From positions 96,001 through 160,000 of the forward strand of contig JAVZLM010000005.1 of NCBI GenBank assembly GCA_038883775.1: DNA of 64,000 nt, read 5' to 3'. A model generated the notes under the pieces. The model was not told where the DNA came from and did no database searches. It saw only the letters and a list, made by a program, of their open reading frames with translations. This document shows, one piece after another, positions 28,115-38,747 of this stretch. This stretch comes from Candidatus Bathyarchaeia archaeon. Its GTDB lineage: Archaea > Thermoproteota > Bathyarchaeia > Bathyarchaeales > Bathycorpusculaceae. Numbering within the stretch: the first letter of the stretch is position 1; every line of letters starts with the position of its first letter. Position numbers and translations under genes: made by a program.

Positions 28115-28546
28115 TTATTTTTCTGTTTCTTCCGAATAGCCCAAAAGCTCTCTTAGAGATTTTACTTCTTCCCGGAGCATGTGTACTTCACTTTCAAGAG
28201 CGTTAACCCTTGATTCCGCAACCTTCTTTAATTTTTCAATTTCAACCATCAAATTTGCCCGTTCCGTCTCCAGAGTCTTTATTTTTTCACGGAGATTCTT
28301 TAAAGTCTGCATAAGTTCTCCCTTTATACCCTTAATTCTTTCAACCATATTTTTAATACTTACTCTCTCCTCAACCCTTGCCTCAGCGGTTAAAGCAGAC
28401 CTAAATCTGGCTTTACAATTTGGACATTCAAATATTCCTATAACAAGCCCAGTCTCTTCACCCTTCCCCAACGGTTTCTTAGGAGAAACCATCCAAGTTT
28501 TAGTTGGTGCGGCCACTTCAACACCACATCTTGGACACTTAACCAA
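28115..28546 (-). CDS. Cren7-like zinc-ribbon domain fused to a coiled coil
   Basis: KCPRCG...PTKTWMVSPK...VIGIFECPNCKARFR followed by long heptad repeats; GGGGGT RBS before TTG at 28546. Confidence 0.65.
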   Translation of the reverse strand: MVKCPRCGVEVAAPTKTWMVSPKKPLGKGEETGLVIGIFECPNCKARFRSALTAEARVEERVSIKNMVERIKGIKGELMQTLKNLREKIKTLETERANLMVEIEKLKKVAESRVNALESEVHMLREEVKSLRELLGYSEETEK

Positions 28547-28657
28547 CCATAAACCCCCATAATAATTATCATTTAAAGTTAAAATGTGTTTTGCATTCAA
28601 ATGAGGATAAATTATTAATTGCAAACTTGAATAAAATGAAAAAGGGAGTGAAGGGTT

Positions 28658-28951
28658 ATGAAGGCTGTGGAAATGAAAACGAAATTGGAAGAAAGAATTA
28701 GGGCTTTAGAAAAGGAGAAAAGTATGCTTTTGGAGGAGATAGGGCAGCTTAAAGAAATTGTGGAGTTAAGTGAGAAAGCAAAAGAGTTAGAGAACGAAGT
28801 AAACAAACTCAAAAAGGAAGCTAAAGCGTTAAAAGAAAGGATCCCACAAGAATTTCTCCAAGAACTCCGTGAGGTTACATCCCCTTTAGAGGGAGAAAAA
28901 GAAGAGGACAGCGAAGAATGTCCTAGCTGCGAGGAAGAAGAACTTCTTTAG
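28658..28951 (+). CDS. Coiled-coil protein with acidic CPSC tail
   Basis: Heptad repeats; ends in EECPSCEEEELL. Confidence 0.65.
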   Translation: MKAVEMKTKLEERIRALEKEKSMLLEEIGQLKEIVELSEKAKELENEVNKLKKEAKALKERIPQEFLQELREVTSPLEGEKEEDSEECPSCEEEELL

Positions 28952-29003
28952 AAAAGCACTTGCGCAAGAGTTGAGTAGATGCATAGAAAAAAGAAGAGAA
29001 ATT

Positions 29004-29984
29004 TTAGATAGTTATTTGGAACATTAACCTTTCAACGAGTTCCTTGTAGCGGTTTCGAATGGTAACCTCTGTTACTTGCGCTATTTCAGCTATTTCCCTC
29101 TGCGTTTTTCTTTCGCCAGTTAACACAGAAGCGATATAACTTGCAGCAGCAGCAATGCCTGTAGGCCCGCGTCCAGAGGTTAGTTTAAGCTCCTTTGCCG
29201 CAGTTAAAATTTTGTGGGCAATTTCTTCAACCTTCCCCTGCATTGTCAACTGGTTTGAAAACTTTGTTATGTACTGGCTTGGCTTAAGCGGAGGTATGGA
29301 ATAGTCAAGTTCTTTGATTAGAAAGCGATAACTGCGACCAATCTCCTTCTTGTTAACGTTGGATGCTTGGGCTATCTCTTCCAGTGTTCTGGGCAATCCA
29401 CACTGCCTACAAGCCAAATAAATTGCTGCAGCGGTTACGCCTTGAATAGACCTTCCACGAATCAATCTCTCTTTAACGGCTTTTCTATAAATGACGGATG
29501 CTGTTTCAAGAATGTTTTTTGGAAGGCTAAGGTTTGTGGCAAACTTTGTTATTTCAGACAAGGCAAAGGCAAGGTTACGTTCCGTTGCGTCAGAAACCCT
29601 TATGCGACGCTGCCATTTTCTAAGCCTATAAACCTGCGCCTTTTGTCCTGGAGATAAACTTTTTCCATAAATGTCACGGTCATGCCAATCAATCATTGTT
29701 GACAAGCCTTTGTCATGTATTGTATAGGTTAAGGGTGCGCCAACCCTTGTTCTTTTGGCTCTTTGCTCATCGTCGAAAGCTCGCCATTCCGGTCCTCTAT
29801 CCGCTATTTTTGCGGCTACCACAAAACCGCAGTCCATACAAACTATTTCGGCGCATTCATAATCTCGCATAAGCCTTGTGCTTCCACATTCTGGGCAACG
29901 TTGAACCTTCGCTGGCTCAACATGCTGTAGTGGTAATGCAAGGTCAGAATCATCCTGCCCTTCACTATCATGGCTCAATTTCAT
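29004..29984 (-). CDS. tfb: Transcription initiation factor IIB
   Basis: CPECG...CMDCG Zn ribbon, GPEWRAF, cyclin repeats, [12 protein letters not shown]. Confidence 0.97.
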   Translation of the reverse strand: MKLSHDSEGQDDSDLALPLQHVEPAKVQRCPECGSTRLMRDYECAEIVCMDCGFVVAAKIADRGPEWRAFDDEQRAKRTRVGAPLTYTIHDKGLSTMIDWHDRDIYGKSLSPGQKAQVYRLRKWQRRIRVSDATERNLAFALSEITKFATNLSLPKNILETASVIYRKAVKERLIRGRSIQGVTAAAIYLACRQCGLPRTLEEIAQASNVNKKEIGRSYRFLIKELDYSIPPLKPSQYITKFSNQLTMQGKVEEIAHKILTAAKELKLTSGRGPTGIAAAASYIASVLTGERKTQREIAEIAQVTEVTIRNRYKELVERLMFQITI

Positions 29985-30226
29985 CTTCTCCTTTCTCCTC
30001 TTGAGGGGAAAACATACAATATCTTACCTGCCAATTTCTCAGCTTCTCGCAAAGTCGGCTTTACTGCTGCGTAAGGCGAGGAAACTGGACCGAAAATGTC
30101 GAAAACTTTTCCAAGAGGCGTTAAATTTTCGTCAATAACTGTTTCGCCGATTTTGGGAGTGTTTTCAATTTTTACTATAAGGTTTCGGCTTGAACTTAGG
30201 TGAAGAACTCGGCCTATTCTCTGCAA
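29981..30226 (-). CDS. gar1: H/ACA RNP protein Gar1
   Basis: [14 protein letters not shown]; conserved gar1-tfb order. Confidence 0.9.
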   Translation of the reverse strand: MQRIGRVLHLSSSRNLIVKIENTPKIGETVIDENLTPLGKVFDIFGPVSSPYAAVKPTLREAEKLAGKILYVFPSRGERRR

Positions 30227-30459
30227 ACTTTTAAATTCCCCTCACGGAAAAGCAGAATGGTTCAAACGAATCACCGTATTTAAACTTTTCTACAAGGATA
30301 TGCGTGACAGAAGCTATATAAACTGCTCATGTCTAAAACTGACTGCCGAACCGCGTGTCATAAATAACAATTGTTCTCTTCAATTGTCACCGTATACTCA
30401 CATTCATATGTGATAGTGCTATTTAGAATTTGGCGTCGTAAACAAAATTTTCAACGGCA

Positions 30460-31347
30460 TTAAACTGTTACGACTTCGTATTCTTCTTCGCTGTGCGGAC
30501 CAAGGCCCAACTCTACTGCGTGTTTAATTTGCCTTAAATTCCAAACATCTTTGTCTTCTAAACTATTGGCCGGGTAGCTCTGTAATATTTTCACACCTTC
30601 TACGTCTATGGCTACTTGATTGCCAGAAGCCAAAATCAAGTTAGGCTCCCGTAATTCGCCTTTTGCCGGTCCTCCATTGATGAAAACTTTTCTTGCATCC
30701 ATAATAATTAGATCTGGCTTTATTATTAGGCTTAGTTCTGCAAGTTTTTCGTGAAGATGTTTCATGTGAAACGTAATTTGGTCAAAGAAAGGTTTTACAA
30801 ATCCCATGGCAAGTTTTATTGCGCCAGTAAATTCAGCGGCGTGATGAGTTTTTATTAGTGGAGCGTAAACAATCTTCTTTATTTCCAAGGCTTCTTTGGC
30901 AACGGAAACCTTACGCAAAAATTGACCGCCCGGAACTTTAACACGTCTCCATCCGCTTCTGTCAAATAGCACTTGCCAACCATCTTTTCCGAAAACTTTA
31001 ACCTCAGCCCTAGCTTTCTCAGCAACCTTAATAATGCCTGCTTGCTCCAAAACCATGCGGCTGTGGAGAAATGCTGTCCTTTCGCCTACAATGACTTTTC
31101 CAGCCCCAGCCTCATATAGCAGTTCTATAATGGTCTTTAAGAACTCTGGGTCGCTTGAGCCTGGAAACGGATCCGCTGTATTATAGTTTGGTTTTAAAAG
31201 AATTGTGTCGCCTTTCTCAACAAGCTTATCGAGTCCTCCAATAAGTGAAACAGCATGTTCAACAGATTCCTTCAAGTTTCCATCATATGCAACCTCGCTT
31301 ACAAGTGGGCGCCCAGAACGCACAAAAAGGTTTTGTTTCATGAACAT
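30460..31347 (-). CDS. DUF362-family protein
   Basis: LLKPN, KTH...FTGAIK, IMDA, VAID motifs. Confidence 0.85.
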   Translation of the reverse strand: MFMKQNLFVRSGRPLVSEVAYDGNLKESVEHAVSLIGGLDKLVEKGDTILLKPNYNTADPFPGSSDPEFLKTIIELLYEAGAGKVIVGERTAFLHSRMVLEQAGIIKVAEKARAEVKVFGKDGWQVLFDRSGWRRVKVPGGQFLRKVSVAKEALEIKKIVYAPLIKTHHAAEFTGAIKLAMGFVKPFFDQITFHMKHLHEKLAELSLIIKPDLIIMDARKVFINGGPAKGELREPNLILASGNQVAIDVEGVKILQSYPANSLEDKDVWNLRQIKHAVELGLGPHSEEEYEVVTV

Positions 31348-31363
31348 TCACGATTTTCGCCAA

Positions 31364-33283
31364 TCAAAGCAGCCTAAATGTTTCCATTATTGCCGGTGCG
31401 AGCGCTTGGATTCCGCATCTTTTTTGGATGAAGTTGGCTACGCTTAGGCATTTTGCTCTTTCACCGTGGCAAACAATAACTCTTTCGGGTTTGGGCTTTA
31501 GGTTAGTTATGTAGTTGATTATTTGTCTTCGGTCTGAATGTCCAGAAAAGCCTTCAATGGATTCCACACGCAACCTAACCTTTACAACGTCCATTTTGCC
31601 TTCGCTGTTCATCATTGTGACTTCTGTTAAGCCCTTCTGTACACGCCTTCCTAAGGTGCCCTCAATTTGATAGCTAACAAAGATTATCGAGTTATTCTCG
31701 TTTTCAGCTAAGCTTTTGAAATATTCTATTACTGGACCGCCTTCAAGCATGCCAGAAGTTGCCATAATAATGCATGGCTCTCCATCTATAATGTCTTGTC
31801 TAACGTTTGGATGCTCAACGACCGTGAAATAATCTGATTGAAAGGGGTTAACTCCCTCATGTAATATGCTGTAGCGAACTTCCCTTCCCAAATATTCTGG
31901 ATAAGCCGTGTGGATGGCTGTAGCCTCAGAAATCATACCTTCAATAAAAACTGGCGCCTCCTTCATTAAACCTCGACGCATATAACCGTCAATAATAAGC
32001 ATTATTTCCTGAGCCCTTCCAACCGCTGGAACTGGAATCAAAATTTTACCCTTACGCTCCAAAGTTTCATTTATAATGGCTGTTAAACGTTCTTCCGCTT
32101 CAACCCGCGAAGGCATGACATCGTCTGCGCCACCGTAGGTGCTTTCGGTTATTACTGTTTCAACCCTTGGAAATTCTGTTGCTGCCGCTTCCAAAAGCAT
32201 GGTTCTTCCATATTTGTAATCGCCAGTATAGACAATGTTGTGTAAGCCTTCGCCGATGTGTAAATGAGCCATGGAAGAGCCGAGAATGTGACCAGCATTG
32301 TGGAGGGTTAGGCGAATGTCTGGAGCTATATCCGTTACAACGCCATAACGTAAAGGAATTGTATGCAGAACGCATTCGCGCACATCCTTCTGGTCATAAG
32401 GCGCAATAATGCCTTGTTTGCTGGCTACATCCAAATAATCCAACTGAAGCAAAGTCATCAAATTTGAAGTTGGAGAAGAACAGTAAACTGGACCATCATA
32501 ACCATACTTGTAAAGAAAAGGCACAAGACCACAATGGTCAAGATGTGCATGAGTTATAACAACGGCATCCAAAGAATCAAGCTCAAAAACTGGATCATCA
32601 AACCTTGGAAAAGCCTCAAAAGGTCTAGAAGAGCCAGGGTTAATTCCACAATCTAAAAGTACGCTGCTTTCCCTTGTCTGGATAAGAAAGGCTGAGCGCC
32701 CAACCTCTTGGACCCCGCCCAAAGCTGTAATCCTAATATCTCCAACCTCGTAAATTTTTGGTCTAAAAATTCTCTCGCCCACAGCCCGAAGGATTTGCTC
32801 TCTTTCTTTGCTTTCAGAATGTAGATAGTGACGCATGTGGGCAACAATCTTCGATCGCAAAGGAGGGCTTCTCAAAACGTGAGGGCGCCACTTAGTGCGC
32901 CTAATAATTTCTTGCAAAACCGCCCCGTTCTTTCCAATAACAAGCCCAGGCTTTTTTGCTTCAATTATGATTTCTCCGAGACTTGGGTCAAAATTTATGT
33001 CCGTAACTTCAGCTTCGGCTGGTATTATTTCCCTTGCAATTCTTTCAGCCTCATTTTCTGGAAGCCTCACAGAAGGGTCGGAGCGCACAACAATCCTTTT
33101 TCTTATGATGCCGACTATGTCGGCTATGGTGCTGCTTTGTTCGACAAGGATTTCTGGTCTTTTAGTGTAAACTGCAAGGGCTGGTCCTTCATATTCTATT
33201 CTAGTTACTTCAGCTTCTTTTGGCACGTGTTCTAGAATGTAGTGGCTTATTTCTACCTTGTCCTTTTCGATGTTAGGTGTCAC
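31364..33283 (-). CDS. fttA: Beta-CASP ribonuclease aCPSF1 / transcription termination factor FttA
   Basis: Two KH domains, HAHLDH, AGHILGS, GFSGHSD, HGE. Confidence 0.96.
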   Translation of the reverse strand: MTPNIEKDKVEISHYILEHVPKEAEVTRIEYEGPALAVYTKRPEILVEQSSTIADIVGIIRKRIVVRSDPSVRLPENEAERIAREIIPAEAEVTDINFDPSLGEIIIEAKKPGLVIGKNGAVLQEIIRRTKWRPHVLRSPPLRSKIVAHMRHYLHSESKEREQILRAVGERIFRPKIYEVGDIRITALGGVQEVGRSAFLIQTRESSVLLDCGINPGSSRPFEAFPRFDDPVFELDSLDAVVITHAHLDHCGLVPFLYKYGYDGPVYCSSPTSNLMTLLQLDYLDVASKQGIIAPYDQKDVRECVLHTIPLRYGVVTDIAPDIRLTLHNAGHILGSSMAHLHIGEGLHNIVYTGDYKYGRTMLLEAAATEFPRVETVITESTYGGADDVMPSRVEAEERLTAIINETLERKGKILIPVPAVGRAQEIMLIIDGYMRRGLMKEAPVFIEGMISEATAIHTAYPEYLGREVRYSILHEGVNPFQSDYFTVVEHPNVRQDIIDGEPCIIMATSGMLEGGPVIEYFKSLAENENNSIIFVSYQIEGTLGRRVQKGLTEVTMMNSEGKMDVVKVRLRVESIEGFSGHSDRRQIINYITNLKPKPERVIVCHGERAKCLSVANFIQKRCGIQALAPAIMETFRLL

Positions 33284-33297
33284 GATTTTAACTTCCC

Positions 33298-33936
33298 TTA
33301 ATCTGTTAGAAGCTTTTCTTTCTCCTTCTCACCCAATTCACGATAACCCTTTTTGTCTATAATTGCAACATTAAAACTGTCGCCGCTTGCAGCATCCCGT
33401 TTCATGGCAGAATTAATAGCCTTAACAATTATTGGCAAAAGCTCAGCCACAGACATGTCCTCCCTATACTTGTCTTCTAAAACGCCGTAAGCTATCGGTG
33501 AACCAGAACCCGTGGCAACACACTTTTCTTCTGTTAAACTTCCAAATGGATCTAACGAATAAACATGAGGTCCAGTGTCATCCACTCCGCCAACAAGAAC
33601 CTGCGTAAGCAAAGGCGCATATCTTGATGAAAATAGAAGGTTTGCCACCAGTCTCGCAGCAGAACTTACTGGTAAGGGTCTGCCCATACTAATTTTGTAA
33701 AGCTGTGCATTTGCCGTCAGTATGTCCACAGTTCTCTGTGCATCTGCAACGGTTCCAGAGATGGTCATTGCCAAATGATCGTCTATTTTGTACACTTTTT
33801 TCCCATGTTTATGAGCTACATAAAAACCCATGGTTACGCGGGTGTCTGAGGCTAGTATTACGCCGTCTTTGCAGACGACGCCTATGGTTGTTGTTCCCTT
33901 TAGCATTAATTGATTGGCTATATCTTTATGTGCCAT
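33298..33936 (-). CDS. psmB: Proteasome beta subunit
   Basis: KGTTTIG processing site, ATGSGS, RDAASGD. Confidence 0.96.
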   Translation of the reverse strand: MAHKDIANQLMLKGTTTIGVVCKDGVILASDTRVTMGFYVAHKHGKKVYKIDDHLAMTISGTVADAQRTVDILTANAQLYKISMGRPLPVSSAARLVANLLFSSRYAPLLTQVLVGGVDDTGPHVYSLDPFGSLTEEKCVATGSGSPIAYGVLEDKYREDMSVAELLPIIVKAINSAMKRDAASGDSFNVAIIDKKGYRELGEKEKEKLLTD

Positions 33937-34094
33937 TTTAATTTCCCCTAAAACCTAAATACATCGCGGTTTTACTTCGCTAGGAAGTAGCATCATTTAA
34001 TCACAACCATGCCATTTATTAACATTACGGTTTAGAAAAAGCAAGACTTAAACATGAAAGCGAGAAACATAAAGAGAGTTAAAAGCCAATAAAT

Positions 34095-35159
34095 GTGGTT
34101 GGTTTGTCTTTAAAACATCATCGCATGCAACTTCCAAGAGAAGTAATCGTGGGAAAGGGCACCATAGAATGTGCAGCTGACATTTCAAAAAGGTTAGGAT
34201 TCACAAAATCTGCACTAATAATTGCTGGTTCAAAAACATATGAAATTGCAGGAAAAACTATCAAAGAACTACTTGAAAAAGAGGGAATAAAAGTTGACAC
34301 TTTTCTCGTGGAATCAGCTACAGTTAAAGATTTAGAGGCGGTTGAAGAAAGAATAAGGGTTCTCAAGCCTCAAGTTATTTTTGGGGTTGGTGGAGGAACA
34401 AAAATAGATGTTGCAAAATTAAGTTCTGCAAAGCAGAAAATCCCATTCATTAGCGTTCCAACCACGGCGTCTCACGACGGAATTGCAAGTCCCCTATCCT
34501 CTGTGAAAGGGCTAGAAAAGCCATATTCAGTTTTAGCCCAAGCACCAATAGCCATCATAGCCGACACAAACATAATAATGAAGGCTTCTTGGCGCTTCGC
34601 CATAAGCGGCTGCGGAGACGTAATCGCAAAGTTAACAGCCGTAAGGGATTGGAGACTGGCGCACAAAGAAAATAAAGAGTATTATGGAAGTTATGCTGCA
34701 AGCCTCGCCTTAATGAGCGCAAAACTTGTGATGCAAAACGCAGACCTAATAAAGCCAGAGAGCGAGGAAGGCTTACGAATTTTAATAGAAGCACTGATAA
34801 GCTGCGGAGTTTCCATGAGCATTGCCGGAAGTAGTCGCCCTTGCAGTGGTTCAGAACACCTCTTCAGTCACGCTCTTGACATAACCGCTAAAAAGCACGC
34901 CATGCACGGCGAACAATGTGGAGTAGGTACAATAATGATGGCGTATTTGCATAGGACTAACTGGAAAAGCATCAAGAATACGCTGAAAAAGTTGGGGGCG
35001 CCCACAAACGCTGAGGAGCTTGGAGTGGAAAAGGAAGATGTTGTGAAGGCTTTGGAGATGGCTGCATCCATAAGACCAGAAAGATATACAATTTTGAGTA
35101 AGCTGAAATGGAAAAGGGAAAATTTCGAGAATCTTGCCAAAACTACGGAGGTTATATAA
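34095..35159 (+). CDS. egsA: sn-glycerol-1-phosphate dehydrogenase
   Basis: GGGTKIDVAK, PTTASHDGIAS, SRPCSGSEHLFSHALD, HGEQCG. Confidence 0.95.
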   Translation: MVGLSLKHHRMQLPREVIVGKGTIECAADISKRLGFTKSALIIAGSKTYEIAGKTIKELLEKEGIKVDTFLVESATVKDLEAVEERIRVLKPQVIFGVGGGTKIDVAKLSSAKQKIPFISVPTTASHDGIASPLSSVKGLEKPYSVLAQAPIAIIADTNIIMKASWRFAISGCGDVIAKLTAVRDWRLAHKENKEYYGSYAASLALMSAKLVMQNADLIKPESEEGLRILIEALISCGVSMSIAGSSRPCSGSEHLFSHALDITAKKHAMHGEQCGVGTIMMAYLHRTNWKSIKNTLKKLGAPTNAEELGVEKEDVVKALEMAASIRPERYTILSKLKWKRENFENLAKTTEVI

Positions 35160-35163
35160 GCGT

Positions 35164-35880
35164 TTATTGTTCAGCTTCAGTTTTTGGCTGCGCCTTAAAA
35201 GTTTCAGTGAATTTTACCATAGTTATTTTTGGGAAAAACTTTTGTATGTCCATGGCTATGCCCCTTTTTGCCACTTGTATTCCCTCCAAATAGAAGGCTT
35301 CTTCTGGCATTTCTATGCTAACAATTTTCTGCCTAATCGTAAACTTGAACTTTTCCGCTTCCACACCTGGTATTCGCCTATGAATTAGCGCACCAATTTT
35401 ATCGTTTAATGTTTCAAGTTTCTTTTGAACCTTAACCTCATAGACTAACGTTTTTCCAGCCAAAGGCGGGTTAAAATCTAATAGGACTCTTCCAGCGCCA
35501 ACAGCCCTTACAATTGCCATTTTCCCATCATATTCTAAACGCATTCCAAGAGTTGGAGTTATGCCCTTAGCTGTCAAATGCCTCAAGGGAACACGCTTGA
35601 CTTTTTCTGGATCACGAGGTCCAAAGGCTTTTTCTGGCGGAATCTCCACGGAACTTGTTTTTCCAATCTCCATTGTTGTTAGACTTTCATCCAAAGCCTT
35701 GAGAACCCAGCCCTCGCCGATTACTACAAGTTTAGGCTCGTAAATTTCGCTTTCCTTGTATAAGCGTTCTTTTTTAGCCATTTCTTCAATTGTTGTGTCG
35801 AAGACTTCGCCCGTTTCCCTCACTTTTGCAACATAGTCGATTAATATGAAGTCGCCCTTTTGCAAACTCATAGGCATCAT
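35164..35880 (-). CDS. FKBP-type peptidyl-prolyl isomerase (SlyD-like, long archaeal type)
   Basis: VFDTT, PPEKAFG, DFNPPLAGKTL. Confidence 0.92.
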   Translation of the reverse strand: MMPMSLQKGDFILIDYVAKVRETGEVFDTTIEEMAKKERLYKESEIYEPKLVVIGEGWVLKALDESLTTMEIGKTSSVEIPPEKAFGPRDPEKVKRVPLRHLTAKGITPTLGMRLEYDGKMAIVRAVGAGRVLLDFNPPLAGKTLVYEVKVQKKLETLNDKIGALIHRRIPGVEAEKFKFTIRQKIVSIEMPEEAFYLEGIQVAKRGIAMDIQKFFPKITMVKFTETFKAQPKTEAEQ

Positions 35881-35981
35881 CTTTTAAAACATCGCAAACA
35901 TACCTGAAACTTTAATAAAAGCTTTCCCCAAAACACATAAGCTTCCTAAACAAATTCCTTACAAGATTAAGGACGAAGATA

Positions 35982-37166
35982 ATGCAGAAAGAAACGCAGT
36001 CAAAAATTAACAAAACCGCTTACATGGGCATCCTCCTCCTAGGAATAGTCAGCCTCATGGGCGACGTGGTTTACGAAGGCTCCGGAGGAATAATCCCAGA
36101 CTACCTAAAATTTTTAGAAGCAACAGGAGTAATCGCAGGACTAGTTGTAGGATTCGGCGAATTTCTCGGAAACGCCTTTAGGCTTTTCAGCGGACTCTTA
36201 GCCGACACAACCCGCGCTTATTGGCTTTTCATATTTTTAGGTTACGGACTAATAATTTCAGTTCCTCTTTTGGGCGTTTCAACAACCATAGAAATAGCCA
36301 TAATCCTCATCCTTCTTGAAAGGTTAGGCAAAGCCCTTAGATCGCCTTCCAGAGACGCAGTCCTATCCATCGTAAGCAAGGACATAGGCGCAGGAAAAGC
36401 CTTCGGCATCCACGAGTTTTTAGACCAAGTCGGCGCCATTCTTGGACCACTTTTGGTTGCTGTTTTAATGTTTTCAACAAAAAACAATTATAGCTACACC
36501 TTCAGCTTCCTATTCATACCATTCCTAATCCTGTTGACAGTTTTAGTCTACACTTACAAGAGAATAGGCTCAAAAACGATAACTGAAACCTTAAAGGCTC
36601 CAGAGAGAAAAGAGAAACTTCCAAAATTCTTTTACATTTATACGCTTGCTGTTTTAGTGAACACTGTTGGGCTTATGTCGGCTAAACTTATACTTTTTAG
36701 GGCTTCTGAACTTCTTAATCCGATTGGGCAGCAGTGGATTGTGCCTCTCATGTATTTACTAATTCAGGGTGTGGATGCGCCCACAGCTCTTGTGGCGGGA
36801 TATACCTATGACAAGTTTGGAATAAAGATTCTAGTTTTACCGTTCGCACTTTCGATTTTTCCAGCATTATTCGCCATGAGCAACAACGAACTCCCATTCC
36901 TCATAGCCGCTTCGGTTTTTTCAGGCTTAGTTTTGGGAATGCAAGAATCCATTTACCGTGCAGCAGTTTCAGAGCTTACGCCCGTTGCTTCTCGAGGCAC
37001 AGCCTATGGCTTATTTAATGTTGTTTATGGATTTGGCGAACTTGTCAGCGGTGGAATATTCGGCTTATTCATAGACTTGCAAATGTCTCTTGTTATTGTG
37101 ATGTTTTATGCTGTGGCATTCCAGATTATGGCGATAGCCCTTTTGTTAAGGGTTAAAAGGGAATGA
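35982..37166 (+). CDS. MFS transporter
   Basis: About 12 TM segments; ERLGKALRSPSRD, RGTAYG. Confidence 0.9.
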   Translation: MQKETQSKINKTAYMGILLLGIVSLMGDVVYEGSGGIIPDYLKFLEATGVIAGLVVGFGEFLGNAFRLFSGLLADTTRAYWLFIFLGYGLIISVPLLGVSTTIEIAIILILLERLGKALRSPSRDAVLSIVSKDIGAGKAFGIHEFLDQVGAILGPLLVAVLMFSTKNNYSYTFSFLFIPFLILLTVLVYTYKRIGSKTITETLKAPERKEKLPKFFYIYTLAVLVNTVGLMSAKLILFRASELLNPIGQQWIVPLMYLLIQGVDAPTALVAGYTYDKFGIKILVLPFALSIFPALFAMSNNELPFLIAASVFSGLVLGMQESIYRAAVSELTPVASRGTAYGLFNVVYGFGELVSGGIFGLFIDLQMSLVIVMFYAVAFQIMAIALLLRVKRE

Positions 37167-37214
37167 AAAGGCTTTATAGAAGAGACGTTTACATGCAGAA
37201 AGACGGAATACACC

Positions 37215-38024
37215 ATGAACGTTCAAGATTTCTTTGAATATTTAGAGTCTCAAACTTTGTTCGGAGTTAGCCTATCCACTATTATTTGGATAATAGCCAT
37301 AGGCGTTGTGGCGCTCATTTTGGAAAGGGTTATAACGAGATATTTGAGAAAGTTTGCAAGAAAAGCGCATTTGGCGCCTTATGTTGCAAACAGCATGGTT
37401 TTGACTTTTAGAATACTAATATTGATTGGCGCCACGTTCGCCCTATTCAGAGTTGGCGGATTACCCTCCGAATGGATTGTAGCCCTCTCCGCCTTAGGCG
37501 GAACAGCCGTTGGTTTCGCGTCAACTCGGACTATTGGAAACTTTATTGCCGGACTTTACTTGTTCGCTACAAGACCTTTCAGGGTTGGCGATTATGTCCG
37601 CATAGGAACCGTGGAAGGAATAGTTCAAGAAATCACAATCAACTACACAAAAATCCTCACGATTGGAAACAATGTGGTCTCAATAAGCAACCTTCAAATC
37701 ATGGATAGGGATATAACAAATTACTATTACGAAAGCGAAGAACACATAAACCTTTACTGCTACACTTTTGAGATAGGCTTTGACCATAGCGTTTCAAGCA
37801 CAAAAATTGCGGAAATCTTCAACGAAGTTTTTGAAAGATACGTGCATATGCTTCCAGAAAAGCCAAAGTATATGCTCGTTAGGTCAGGTGCTTTCGAAAG
37901 GGTTTACATGGTTTATTTGTATGTGGAGCATCCCGAAGACATTTTTGTTTTGAGACCCCAAATTGTGGAAGAGGTGTTCAAACGCTGGGACATGGAAAGG
38001 GAAAAGGCTAAAGGAAAAGCATAG
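37215..38024 (+). CDS. MscS-family mechanosensitive channel
   Basis: 3 TM segments; NFIAG...RPFRVGDYV, GIVQEITINYT. Confidence 0.88.
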   Translation: MNVQDFFEYLESQTLFGVSLSTIIWIIAIGVVALILERVITRYLRKFARKAHLAPYVANSMVLTFRILILIGATFALFRVGGLPSEWIVALSALGGTAVGFASTRTIGNFIAGLYLFATRPFRVGDYVRIGTVEGIVQEITINYTKILTIGNNVVSISNLQIMDRDITNYYYESEEHINLYCYTFEIGFDHSVSSTKIAEIFNEVFERYVHMLPEKPKYMLVRSGAFERVYMVYLYVEHPEDIFVLRPQIVEEVFKRWDMEREKAKGKA

Positions 38025-38079
38025 TTTATGCATGGACAAATGGTAATAAGGCGCTTTCAGCATTGTTACGAATGGGGTA

Positions 38080-38418
38080 ATGCTAAAAATTATGGACTCA
38101 AGCACCAAACGCATTGCAATGCAACGCATACAAACCCTTTTTCATCTAGCAAAAGAAACTATCAACGAAGACCCTGCCCTAGCACAGCGTTATGTTGACT
38201 TAGCCAGAAAAATAGCCATGGCGGCCAAAGTTCGCCTACCAAGAGAGTATAGGCGTCAAGTTTGTAGGCACTGCAAAAGTTTTATTCTTCCCGGAGTTAA
38301 TTCCCGTGTGCGAATAAAAAAGCGGCGAGAGCCCCACTTGGTGATTACTTGTTTAAACTGTGGCAAACACATGCGCATACCATTAAAAACGAAAAAGGAG
38401 CAGGATAGTTTTGAATAA
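38080..38418 (+). CDS. rnp4: RNase P protein component 4 (Rpp21)
   Basis: IAMQRI, RYV.LA, CRHC...PG...CLNCG. Confidence 0.92.
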   Translation: MLKIMDSSTKRIAMQRIQTLFHLAKETINEDPALAQRYVDLARKIAMAAKVRLPREYRRQVCRHCKSFILPGVNSRVRIKKRREPHLVITCLNCGKHMRIPLKTKKEQDSFE

Positions 38419-38692
38419 ACTAGCTTTTCGAATGAGGCGACGAATTAAGCGTAGATTAAGCGGGGAAAAACCCACCATATGGATTGGCAAGAGCGGAGTT
38501 TCAAAAGAGCTTTTGAAGGAAGTTGAGAAGCAATTGGAAAAGAATGAGATGGTTAAGGTTAAAGTTTTAAAAAGCGCCCTTGAAGGAAATAAGGCGAAGG
38601 AAATAGCTTCAAGAATTGCTGAACAGACGGGAGCATTGTTGGTTGAGATTAGAGGGCACACGTTCATGCTTTATAAGCGCCGCAAAAAGTGA
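38411..38692 (+). CDS. YhbY/CRM RNA-binding protein
   Basis: PTIWIGKSG, EMVKVK, RGHTFMLY. Confidence 0.9.
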   Translation: MNKLAFRMRRRIKRRLSGEKPTIWIGKSGVSKELLKEVEKQLEKNEMVKVKVLKSALEGNKAKEIASRIAEQTGALLVEIRGHTFMLYKRRKK

Positions 38693-38747
38693 AAGCCTTT
38701 ATATTTGGCTTCATGATTTACTGAAGGAAAGCTAAGAGGATAAGCAT

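Noticed and set aside
30227-30459. Possible tRNA or sRNA in the gar1-DUF362 spacer (GGTTCAAA motif)
   Set aside because: No cloverleaf arms or convincing C/D boxes could be built around it.
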